A stretch of 64,000 nt of DNA, taken from assembly GCA_040954595.2 (NCBI GenBank), contig CM082577.2:11013677-11077676 (forward strand), given 5' to 3'. Positions 48,563 through 64,000 of the stretch are shown here, piece after piece. The notes under the pieces were generated by a model. The model was not told the DNA's origin. It made no database searches and worked only from the letters and a program-made list of their open reading frames with translations. Numbering within the stretch: the stretch's first letter is position 1; every line of letters starts with the position of its first letter. Source of the DNA: Balanoglossus misakiensis. Lineage: Eukaryota; Animalia; Hemichordata. Position numbers and translations under genes: made by a program.

Positions 48563-51399
48563 GGTTCGTGCTATCGTGCCTATTGCAAGGGAGGGACAGA
48601 CTGTACGTTGCTCGTTGCTTTTATACTTCGGCTCATTTGCATATGGCGGATGGATATCGCTCTGTGCTGCGGTTTTGAATAACAACAAGTCAAGGAAAGG
48701 CGATGGCACCGTACGTGATCCAGGCGTTGTATATCTTCGACAAAAGATACAGGAGCTTGCAAAGGATCATTTCTATCTGGGGGAAGTATCCGTAAAGTGG
48801 GTACGCTTGGAGTTGTCACTGAGGCGGCAGCAGAAGCAGACGATGACCTTAGACGAAGTGAAGAAGTTGGGAGAAGAGTTGGAAATGGGGGAAGATGACA
48901 TAAACAAAGCTTTGGCGTTCTATCACGATGTCGGGGAAATTCTATACTTCACGTCAATACCAGAACTCAGAAAAACTGTCATCTTGGATGTTGCATGGTT
49001 AGTTAACCTGTTCAAGATATTGATCACCCAGTCAGTTGCAGACCAGGAAGCAGACGTCCCACCAAGAATGATCGGTCTGATTGAGGAGTTGCATGGTGAA
49101 GGAAGATTGCATGACGAGTTGTTGGTTTATCTACTGAAACGCCACGACCGCCTGCATGACAAAGCGATTCTCCTGGCAACATTGACAAAGTATGACGTCC
49201 TTTGGAAGATGCCTGGCAAACCTGGCGTATATTATATACCGAGTCTACTGAAGAAGGACGCAGAAGGGAAGAATAGTGCTGTGTTCCCAACAGGCTCCAA
49301 ATCATGCGGTCCACTCTATTTCCATTTCACGGGGAATTTCCTGCCGGAGGGGTTATTCTACCGACTTGTTGTCAGATGCTTGAAGCGATGGCCCAACCAG
49401 AAAATGGTCTTGCGACAGCATAAAGCTCGCATATTCATCATCAGAGATGATTTGCAAATAACTCTTTGCAAACGTGGATCGGATATCGAGCTTGACGCAA
49501 TACTTCTCAACGACTCCCAACGTGCCCCACGCCTACATCCACAGCATCTCAGAAACGTGTACAAGGAGGTTGTCAACGAATTACAGCAACTTATCAAGAC
49601 ATACGCTCCCGGCTTGGTGTATAAAGTCTGCATTAAGTGCGACTGTCCAAATCACATTCCGGGGAAATTACTAGAAGGTTCTGAAGATACAGATGACCGA
49701 TGTGTTGAAATCCAAGAAACGGAAAACACAAGACATGCCGTCTGTCCTCAGAGCGCCACATCTATTAAGTCTCCAGCTTTGGATATGTGGTTTGGCAAAG
49801 GTGAGCTTTTATGTATTAAGAAAAACTGTTAAGGGTTTCTTAAGCGACATTATCCACTTAGTCAACTGTAAATATAACATAATATTTATTATGAGGAGTT
49901 CTCGTTTAGAATGTAACGTTAACTGCAGTCAGCAATTACTAATCCGTTATACATCAGGGTCTTTCTGCTGATAACAACAAGTCATTAATTCGTTGGTTTA
50001 GACGTCTTGCGTGTGGTCTGTCAGTCAATGCACAGCGTACGTACAAATTTGACGCATTACATGTATATAGCAAAAAAAACATAATACCACTTTTCTAAAG
50101 GTAATTTTGTTTTCATTTAGTGACAGCAAGAAATATAATCATTTCTGACTTTCGTTTTAATTTTAGATCATGATGGACGGATGGAAATGGGAACAAGTGT
50201 ACTTAGCCTGGATTCTGCGGAAAGTGGGAGGTAGTTAATATTACAATACACTTTGCACGCCTCATGGTTAACACCACACTGCATGCTCTGACGGAAAGAT
50301 ATGTTTTAATATCTTTTGAATGTTCCTTAGTTTGTGAGTTCCATAGTTTCCGTGCATAATGTTTCGGTTCGTGCAGATTTTTTGTTACCAATTTGAAATC
50401 AACCTCACCTGATTAGCATGATGCCCCACTCTGTAATTAACCGTTGTTAGCAATCCGATGACTACTACAACTCACAATAATATGAAAACCCAGAAAAATA
50501 ATGTTTGTATAATCAATCAAGAGACAAATGGCCTGTAAGTCAAACATCTAACTAAACGGCGATAGCATTCCTTTGGTTCTTATAACTTTTATTTTAGAGA
50601 TATAAGTGGTGCCTTAACACCCGCTTATGAAAGCTGCGCCTGTAGGGATCAAATCATTGATCGCGTCGTAACGAATGAGTAATATAAGACTATGCACATT
50701 TCCCCTTTTTCGTCGCCAGTAGGAAGAAGAGGCCTTCCCGAATTCATCCTCTGACAAAACTGTACGATGAGTTAGAACAAGAAATGGACGAGGATGATGA
50801 GAAACGCGTGAAAAATCTACTGGGAGATAAATTGTTAAAGCGGGAACGAAAGGAACTTCGCAGTCCCGCGGCCATATTCCAGAGGTTACAGGATAAAGGT
50901 CACATTTCAGAGAAGGATCTGAGCCTCTTGAAAGATATACTTCGCATTCTGCGCCGTGAACCTCTGGTACGGCGGGTACAGGCTTGTGAGAGAACACTGA
51001 AGACATGGTCTAAAATGCCGTAAGCGAAAATCGACCTTAATGTCCAACCATTCGACAGGTGAGGGGTCATCCTTTCCACTGTAAACCGTATATTCAGCAA
51101 AACTACTCAATATTCAATAAAAAGTATTTTGCCTATAACGTTAACGATCCGTGATATGGACAAAAAAGCTATATCAAGGTTCATGTCTCATATCATCACA
51201 TTACCGTGCTAACCTTGCCCTGTATGCATGATTATTGTTGTTGTGACACTTGTTCCCTTTCTCTCAATATCTAGAAATGGACGTCTGAACGACTGAATAT
51301 TCCTGAAAACTTCAGGAGGTCAAAGGTTACCTGGGAAACCACATGCTTCAGAGGGAGTCCACTGACACTGTTGAGGTATAATCACCACAACAAAAGCAT

Positions 51400-52930
51400 T
51401 GCTAGAATTAACTGTTTAGTGTCAATCAAGTAGTTTGGTTATAGGGTATAAGGGTGATGTTTTATTCAAACTATATTTTATCATTTTAGCATTGCTAGAA
51501 TTAACTGTTTAGTGTCAATCCGAATGTATATATACAAAGAATTAAGTAGGTAGGTCTACTCAGATCTGAAATGTTGGTATACTTTAGCAAATTACTAAGA
51601 AAGCCATGCTCTTCAAAGTGAACTTAAATGGTCACTCTATGCAACGTTGCAATGATGTTTGCATTTTTCACAGTTTTTGCTGTTAGTGTTTTAATTGTTA
51701 GGGACGAATTTATATGTGGTGTCAATTTCACAACATCATGCATATGACCAGCCATTGTTTGTGTGATTAATCAGTCTGTTTGTCAATTATCTCCTGATCT
51801 TTATGTTTTCTACTTTGAAAGGAAGGTGTACATTTTAACACGAAGAAGATGGTTTGTTTGTTTGTTTGTTTGTTTGTTTGTTTGTTTAGATTCAAGTACT
51901 TTGGTTATAGGTTTTTCTAATTTGAGAAGAAAATGTACCTTTTATCACAAAGCAGAGTGATTGTTTTACAATTATCTCCTGATCTTTATGGTTTCTAATT
52001 TGAGAGGACAGCGGACATTTTTATCACAAAGAAATTGTTTTACGTAAGTTCATTGTTAGTTGTTTGCTTTGAATCAAGTAGTTTGGTTATGTGGTATAAG
52101 GATGGCATTTTATTCAAACCGTATTTTATCAATTTGTAGCAAGGCAGATTTCGCCTAGTAAGACACGATTCTTCGATAATCAGTCGTTGCTTCGATTATC
52201 GTGATATTTTTGTTTATTCAAACCATATTTTGTCAGTAATGCTAAGACTAACAACGCGAGGATTTTAGTACATAAGACGTGATTATTCCAAAGAGAAATG
52301 TACCCTGTTATTACAAAGTAGACTGATTGTTACATTCATTGTAATTTGTTTGATTTTAAGTAGTTTGGATGTTGGGTATAAGGATGACATTTTATTCATT
52401 GACAAACCATATTTTGTCATTTTGTCAGTAATGCTAATACTCAAAAGCGAGGATTTCAGAGTGTAAGGCACGATAGGAAAATGTAGACTGTTTGTTACAT
52501 TCTGTGAGTTGTTTTGTTTCAAGTAGTTTGGGTATAGGGTATAAGGAAGACGTTAGATTTCAACCCATATAATATTATTTTACCAATAATGCTAAGACTA
52601 AAAGCGAGGATTTTAGTGTGTAAGACGTGATTCTATAAGATATGCACCCTTTTGTCATTCAAAGTAGATTGATTGTTACATTCATTTTTTAGTTGTTTGA
52701 TTTTCATTGTTGTTTGATTTCTAGTAGTTTGGTTATAGGGTATAAGGATGACATTTTATTCAATACATATTTTAAAATGTTGTTAGTAATGCTAAGACTA
52801 AATAGCGAGGATTTCAGTGTGTATGACATGGTTATTTGAAAGGGAAATCTACCTTTTATCAGAAAATTATAGGGTATAAGGATGGCATTTTATTCAAACC
52901 ATATTTTATCATTTTCTAGAACGCGATGAT
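51400..52930. repeat. Degenerate tandem repeat 3' of Roco B
   Basis: Paralog of 14260-15745 with a different unit arrangement. Confidence 0.75.
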
Positions 52931-54874
52931 TTAGCTTAAGAGTTATATAGTCTTGACAAAAAATACAATTCCCCAATCCACATTTCTTTTTAAATGACTT
53001 AGTGCAAATTTGGGCGTGAATGAAACAAGCGTTGATTTTTCATTTCGTATTGTAAATCATTCGAGACAATTTGACATTTTTTTATTGTGATTAGCATACA
53101 ATAGTTGCAAATAATACGATGAAGTTACGTAAAGGCCAACTTATTAATTCTTTAAAAAAATATCATCACCCATCATTCTTGCAATTCATATCAAGATGTT
53201 ACTTTGAGTAGATTAGAGAGTGTTATCCAACCTATGTAAATATATGATAACACAGCTTTTGTTTTACTAGCATAGTTTGTGGGATAGTGTGTTGTTATGG
53301 TATGTAGCATTTTACTTTAAAGGGGAGGGGTCGTCCGAACTGCACATGTGCGACTGTTCTGTTCATAAAGACACCATCGGCGTTTCCCCATTGTTCAGGT
53401 AAACCCTGGCGGTCAGTACCTGTTACATACAACTGAATGGGAAATGTGAAAAAAGTAATGACGCATGGACGGTGTAGCAGTTTACACCTACTTTATTGAC
53501 TTTCTAGCAGTTGTGTCCTATGTGACCCGCCGACGTGACGACCCCCACCCTTTAACCATTTTTATAGTATTGTCGGGCAGTTATCTCTGTGTTTTTCATC
53601 TATAGGATCAAATCATTATTTCAGACTATCACAAATGATAGTGATTGATCTGAAAATATCGACGATGACTCGGTGATTTTGTAGTGTATAGTCAAGTAAG
53701 TGGACATGAAAATGTAATTCGGAACTGAAAACAGTCTTGGATATCAGTGTTCCCTTTGAGGTTTTGAGTAGGTGCGCATTTCTGTGGTACCCAGAAGGCA
53801 CCTTGGTTGCTGCCCAGTATGGCAATGGTCCAAACGGGGTGTACCTCTTCTGGACTTACGGTAGACTGGACGAAAAAATGAACCATTTCTTTGTTCTTTT
53901 ACTCAAACACTATTTCCTTAAATCCTCAAATCACACTTCACATGGCACTGGGATATCGTCTGTGGCCTTGAGTTTAGGCTTTAGTATAATCAACTTCTAA
54001 AATCAAACAATATGACTGAAAGTTATGAGCGCAAAAACATGAAATTCTAGTGCAAACAGACCACTTGTTTGATCCACGAAGCGTTTTAATGCCGTAAAGA
54101 TTCTCTGACATTTAAGATACATGTGTGATCTTTAACCATATTCTTAAACCATGTATCAATGAAGCATTTCAATGTGTTTGTTTTTCTGACTATTTAGAGC
54201 TTTATACATATTCAGGAGAAAAAATAGTAATTCGAGTTGATGTAGATTTCTGAATTGATTACTTGTAATTTGCTGGTATTTTTGACGTAGTATACATTTA
54301 ATTTCAAACCGAGGAACACGGCGTATTCCTGGGATCGTCGCGATGCTTAAAGACTGGCACATAGTTGTACTATGAATGTGAACACCAGTTTAATAGCGTG
54401 GTGACGTTTGTAAGTTCATCAAGCGGTCAACGTACACACGTGGCAGTAAAACACCGCCCTCAACGCCAAAGCAGCGATTCCACGTGTTGGTTGTGCATCT
54501 GTTTTCGATGACAAATCTCAGACAATTGTCCTTTGCAGATCTAGGGATGATATATAAAATGGTGTATGCGTACTATAAAAAATGTTAAAATAAATTTTAC
54601 TGAATTCAATCAAAACCCAAACTAGTTCTGTCATTATGACGACAAATCAAATCACAACGGCCTGGATAATCTTTAGATTTGGTGGAAGGCCTCTAATAAA
54701 ATTCTTAGGAGCTGTTCTCGTTCTCTCCATTAGTATAGAATTTATGATAAACGAAAGTAATAAAACTTGAAACTTCAAATCCCGGACACAAATGACAACC
54801 GCCAACGACGCACCAATATGGCGCCACAAACGGTCGTGGAAGAAGTAACAGGTATTCAAGATGGCTGGTTTTTC

Positions 54875-55872
54875 ACAACAGGTGAGGCATGTTCACCCTG
54901 AAAGATTACAAGCAGAAGAAGTTTTTTTGATAGTTTTTCACGTCACTTATTAATCTTCAGGTTGTGGAGATAGCGGCATTGCTGTGCAGCGCCCTCAATT
55001 ACAACCAAAGAATGATCATTAAAGGGGAGATGTCATCGTCAATCATCACAGTTCTATGATCAAGACAACGCATTTAACAGCCTTGGAAGTAAAACCTATT
55101 ATGGGGTGACTTACTTGCCGTTTGATGATGCAAAGAATATTTGCCCACAGGAACGAGACTGATCCAATGTACACAACTCGCAACGTTGGCGGGATAATTT
55201 TGAAGTTGATCACCTGTGAAATGTGCCAAAAACCCAATAGACTCAGCTCTCGCCATATTTGACATTGTAGCTGGGAAACGAGCGGTAGCCATCTTTTTAG
55301 ATTGCTCGCTAATGAATGAACATTCTTTATGTACAAAATTGTCGTTCGCTAGACTAGTGCCATTTACTGCCTCGTGAACTGCACACACCACGGTTGATTC
55401 AAAATTAAATATTTTCTGTGGTAAATTTGGAGCTTTGCAGAGGAAACGGCTTGGGCGAAACGGTTAAAGGGTTAAACTAGAAATTGACTCTATAAACACT
55501 TTAACGAACTGGCAGACGACTTGAAAATCACACGAAATCTTTAACCTGAATCATCATAACTGTTTTTTGTAATCATGTGAGAGAGACTAGAGTATTTTCA
55601 CCGTCAGCGCTGATGCATGGCCAGCTCGAAAAATAACATGACGTACATGACGGTTAATATTGAAAAAAAATACAAAATGGTTGAACGGGAAAGCGCATAG
55701 GTGGTAGGGTGGTAGGGGCCAAACCACTGAAAGAAAGGGAGAAAGCCGAAAATAACAAATACCGTGACATACCTGTGCAGGTACCCAGAATGCAATGCTC
55801 GCCAGGTATGTCGGCGACTTTTCTGTTTGGCTTCGGCAAAGATGTCGGACTTCCTTTCCATCGCAGACATCA
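54875..55872 (-). pseudogene. MPV17L: MPV17L partial duplicate (exons 2-4), pseudogene
   Basis: Exons 55872-55773 (100 nt versus 101; 1-nt deletion cggcagac to cggcgac), 55213-55115 and from 54897 (stop disrupted by an insertion). No exon 1, because homology ends at ~56400. Confidence 0.88.
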
Positions 55873-57539
55873 CTGCAAATAAGATTTTCCAATTCTTTTA
55901 AGGTGATAACTGTACATCTTGAATGTTCTCTTTTGTGACTTTATTTGATTCTGAATTGCATCAGCGGGTGATTTGCGTGTTCTCATCAGACAGCTCTTCT
56001 GAAACACTACTACACGTTCACACCACTAGTGATGACAGGTGTAAATGACGTCAGTGCAGTTTGCTGCTAAAGTTTTCTCTCAGACATTCAAATGATTTTT
56101 GTTTATCTCAATGACATGTAATATAGAACAATTTAATACTAGAAAGTTAATTACACTTGTAATTAAACCGACATTAGCAAACACAAAATGGATGAAGATT
56201 TCGATTTGCAATTTGTAATGAAATGTAATGTAATGTTTCTGCGCAACCGCATGACATTAAACGTGACGGTGTCTAAAATACCATTTGGGGTTTGGGTTTT
56301 ATAAATTATGAATATGATTAAGGGCCAGGCTTAATGACAACATCTTACCCAAGATGAGAGAAAAGAATCCCCGGTACAAATACTAATTCCCTTTATTTCT
56401 TTATTCCTATTCGGAGACATTTACGCGCAGAAGGCATTTTGAATTTCGAGCGAGAGGGGGGGGGGGGGGGGTTAAAACCAACGGGAAAACTTTCGGAGAC
56501 TGTGCAGACACAACGTGTACAAGAAAAGTACTCGGTGGGTTCACGCTGTGAATGTATACGCTTCTATTTGGGGGCGTGGGACGAGGCGATCTGAACTTCG
56601 AGATCTTGTATAGTTTACAGCTTCGGTGACGCCACTGACAATAAAGATTCCCGACGCATTGCGTTTAGTCACGTGCGGCCGATCAAGATGTGCAATATTT
56701 AGCAGAAATATCACAATAGCAATATAATATCTCAATTATAAAACATTCTAACGCTGGGTTTTGTGTGAAGTTGTCATAAAACCATTCAGTCATAGTTGCT
56801 TTGACCTGGTTGGTATCCTGCTTGTAAGTGATGCTGTATCCGGTTTTCTACATGATGCAGAACCGCCAAGACAGACCTGTGGCAGTTTCATTTGTACAAC
56901 TTTGAGAAGATATTTCCGTAGAGCCGACACAAACAACTGTTATGAGTTATTCTTTATAGTTTCATATGTGACGACTTCATTCTCGCTGTCGATAATTCTT
57001 GGAGTGACGTTTGACCGATTCTGGGGAACTATTACTTTAGCTACACGGGAGGCTTTTCCTCCGGTGCTGCAAGAGCGCAGGAAGAAAATGTAAATATTGC
57101 CCCTATATCTTGAACTATTATTTGAACAATTTTAGATTATCCTGCATTTAATCTAACTAACGAAATCGTCGAAAATGAACGGTATATCAATGGTGTGATT
57201 ATACACAGCGCCCTCAGTGTGGATCAACAATAATATTGTTCACGTTTATACATGACAGTGCCACCTACGTTGATTTGTGCCTACCACTTTCGTTTACTTT
57301 GAGAGACCCTACTCCAGCAATCTTCCATGCGATCCTGCTGACGGTTTTTTTTCATTTAACGGACATACATGGACATGTAGGCCTTTAATAGTATTTTTTG
57401 TCAATTTTACTTAACTGATTGGCATTTCAATCAAACACGCACTAAAATTGGCCTCAATACTACCAAGAAAATACAGGGTTTTCTCAGGTTAACATAAAAA
57501 TATCTACATGTACATTAAACAACACAAATGGTGTCAAAT

Positions 57540-58530
57540 ATCACGCCATATGTACTTCGGCAAGTGCTAAGGTCAACGTTCCAGGGTTGCTGGCCTGGAG
57601 CAGTGTGATAATATTTAGTAGCGTAGAGAGTGGGGCTATAAAAGTGTGTGTATGTTTACCTAAGTCCAGCCGTTGCCATTAACGGGCGTACATGGACACC
57701 GAACAGAGGATCTGAGGTAAGTTTTTGTTTTCAATTTCCTTAATCGTGTCAAATCATATTATACATAATCAAAATTGTGCCTGTGTGTGCATAAGAATAC
57801 TCCAAAGGGTTGTGTAAAACCACTCGTACGAGAAGTAAACATTGAGTCATTATAGTTGCTGTGTTTTAAGACAGCATTTTGTCAGGTCCAAATTGACGTA
57901 GAGTTTAGAAAATTGCGCACAATTACAACATGAACACCCTGCCGGAGGTTAGTTGCAGTAAAAAGTCTATATTTGAAAGAGGTTAATTTTCCCGCTACGT
58001 CGAATATACTGTTTCCTGAAAAGGCCGGGGCAGTCTAAAATGTGATCAAAATTGGAGTTGAAGCGTGCCATGTCGGCCATTGCGCGTTGTGCGTGGGCGT
58101 CACAGAATTTCGTTGTTTCGTTTACTACAATAAATCTAAACTACATGTACAAGGGTGACACTGTACCAGTGGTCCCTCATTGCGTGCTTATTCTGAAATG
58201 TATTTGAAAGTGCGACAATTCCCGGTGTTCAAGTTGGTGGTGGTCGTTGGGGGGGGGGGGGGTTCAAATCTGAAAGAAAATTAATTTATAAACACTCATC
58301 AATGTAAGAACTTAATCTGGAAAATGTTAATCCATAATACCCGCATTTAAATGCCGCTAGTGTTCCGGCCAACGTCCAGGGTTACATGTATAAAGCTTTG
58401 TGATATTATTAATAGCGTGACTAGGGAAACTATAACTGTGTGTAATTTTACCAAAGTCGGCCGTCGCCACTTAGTCACTCGGAGTGGTATATATGGACAC
58501 AGAACTATATACAGAGAATCTGAAGTAAGT
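57540..58530 (+). promoter_or_regulatory. Two candidate promoter / first-exon modules of Roco C
   Basis: TATAAAA at 57637-57643 about 25 nt before the conserved aagtccagccg. Donors GTAAGT at 57717 and 58525; acceptor at 59140-59141. Confidence 0.45.
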
Positions 58531-59150
58531 TTTTGTTTTTATTTCCTTAATCGCGACAAACCAAAACAAAATTTGAACTGCAATCCACTCGTACAAACAT
58601 GTTGAGAAGTAAACATTATAGTCAAGGTAGACATTTTAATTATAGTTTAAGAGGTCAATTTTCCCGCTACGTCGTATACTGACATTTCACGATTGGGTAT
58701 GAAGCACCGCCATGTCGGCCATTACGCGAAATGTGTGGGCGTCAAGGAGTTCAGTATTTTCATTTACTACGATTAGTCCAAACTACAAGGGTAACACTTT
58801 ACCAGTGGTCCCTCAGTGCGTGATTATTCTGAAATGCAACAACTCTGGTGGTGGGAGGGGAGGGGGTCAAATCTGAGAGAAAACTAATTTATAAACACTC
58901 CCGAATGTACGAAGTTTATCTGGAAAATGTTAATCCATAATGTCTCTTGAATTGTGATTTATAATTCTCTTTGCGTTGTGTGAATATTTTGGCAGTAACT
59001 CTTGACCACATTGTGATCGACGTTGGAGATTCGATCACTCGCAAACATGTTTTATTTTGGTATTCGTGCATATTTATACATGATGTTATAACATTACGAA
59101 TGTTATTTCCTGTCCACAACCGTTGTATGTTTTAAACATAGGATATAACC

Positions 59151-63603
<4,453 letters not shown>

Positions 63604-63963
63604 GTGAGTAAAATGTTTGCTTATTTATTCTGGTATTCAAGACTCTAGTATTTTTATAGACTTTTCCTTTAGGTCAAACCACAATTTTAAATATAACTTC
63701 AAAGCTTACTGAATCGTGAATGTTGAACATTTCATTGGAAGGCTTCAACAACATTCTTGTAAAATTCTAATCCGAAAAGATTAGAAACTGATATTAGTTA
63801 CGTGAAACATTATTTCTCCTGAAACTGGAAAATCTTACCAAGTGAAGTTTACGCTTGGTTGTTACTTTAAGGTGTCAAATACCTTTCAAAAAATAAATAA
63901 TATTCATATATCCATGTACGTATGAAGTTCTCCAAATTCAGCGATTACGCTTATGTTTTAAAT

Positions 63964-64000
<37 letters not shown>

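Larger units (their letters stand above)
42309..48683 (-). mobile_element. Full-length tyrosine-recombinase retrotransposon (DIRS order, PAT-like split direct repeats), 6375 bp
   Basis: Layout A1 (48578-48683), ORFs, B1 (42632-42712), A2 (42526-42631), B2 (42309-42389), with apparently identical repeat copies. Carries gag, RT-RNaseH-methyltransferase and YR ORFs. The empty site is present in the paralog (gccattgac|aacaagtc, ~11089). Confidence 0.93.

Overview
Animal (probably marine invertebrate) genomic DNA; the species cannot be determined from the sequence. The window holds about 2.1 periods of a tandem segmental duplication, with equivalent positions at 1, 26672 and 61187. Each period carries a spliced + strand gene for a DED-Roc-COR-DED (Roco GTPase) protein. 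Copy A lacks its 5' end in this window, copy B is complete but interrupted by an intact PAT/DIRS-type tyrosine-recombinase retrotransposon, and only the 5' end of copy C is present. Each full period also has a - strand MPV17L copy (one intact, one pseudogene). Main discovery: the apparent ~400-500 bp satellite between the N-terminal DED exons and the first Roc exon looks like an array of 3-nt, single-codon microexons. All 32 complete units read (CT)n..YAG|NNN|GTRAG, with invariant splice dinucleotides and 11 different triplets, none a stop codon. A conserved 5-nt exon upstream puts them exactly in phase 0. The arrays spell TWTWTWSWSGTG in copy A and AFWTTDTDWDTDWDWTNLD in copy B, suggesting a linker diversified one residue at a time by splicing. 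The retrotransposon also appears to express gag, pol and recombinase from one leader exon spliced to three in-phase acceptors. All splice models were read by eye from genomic sequence and need transcript data.
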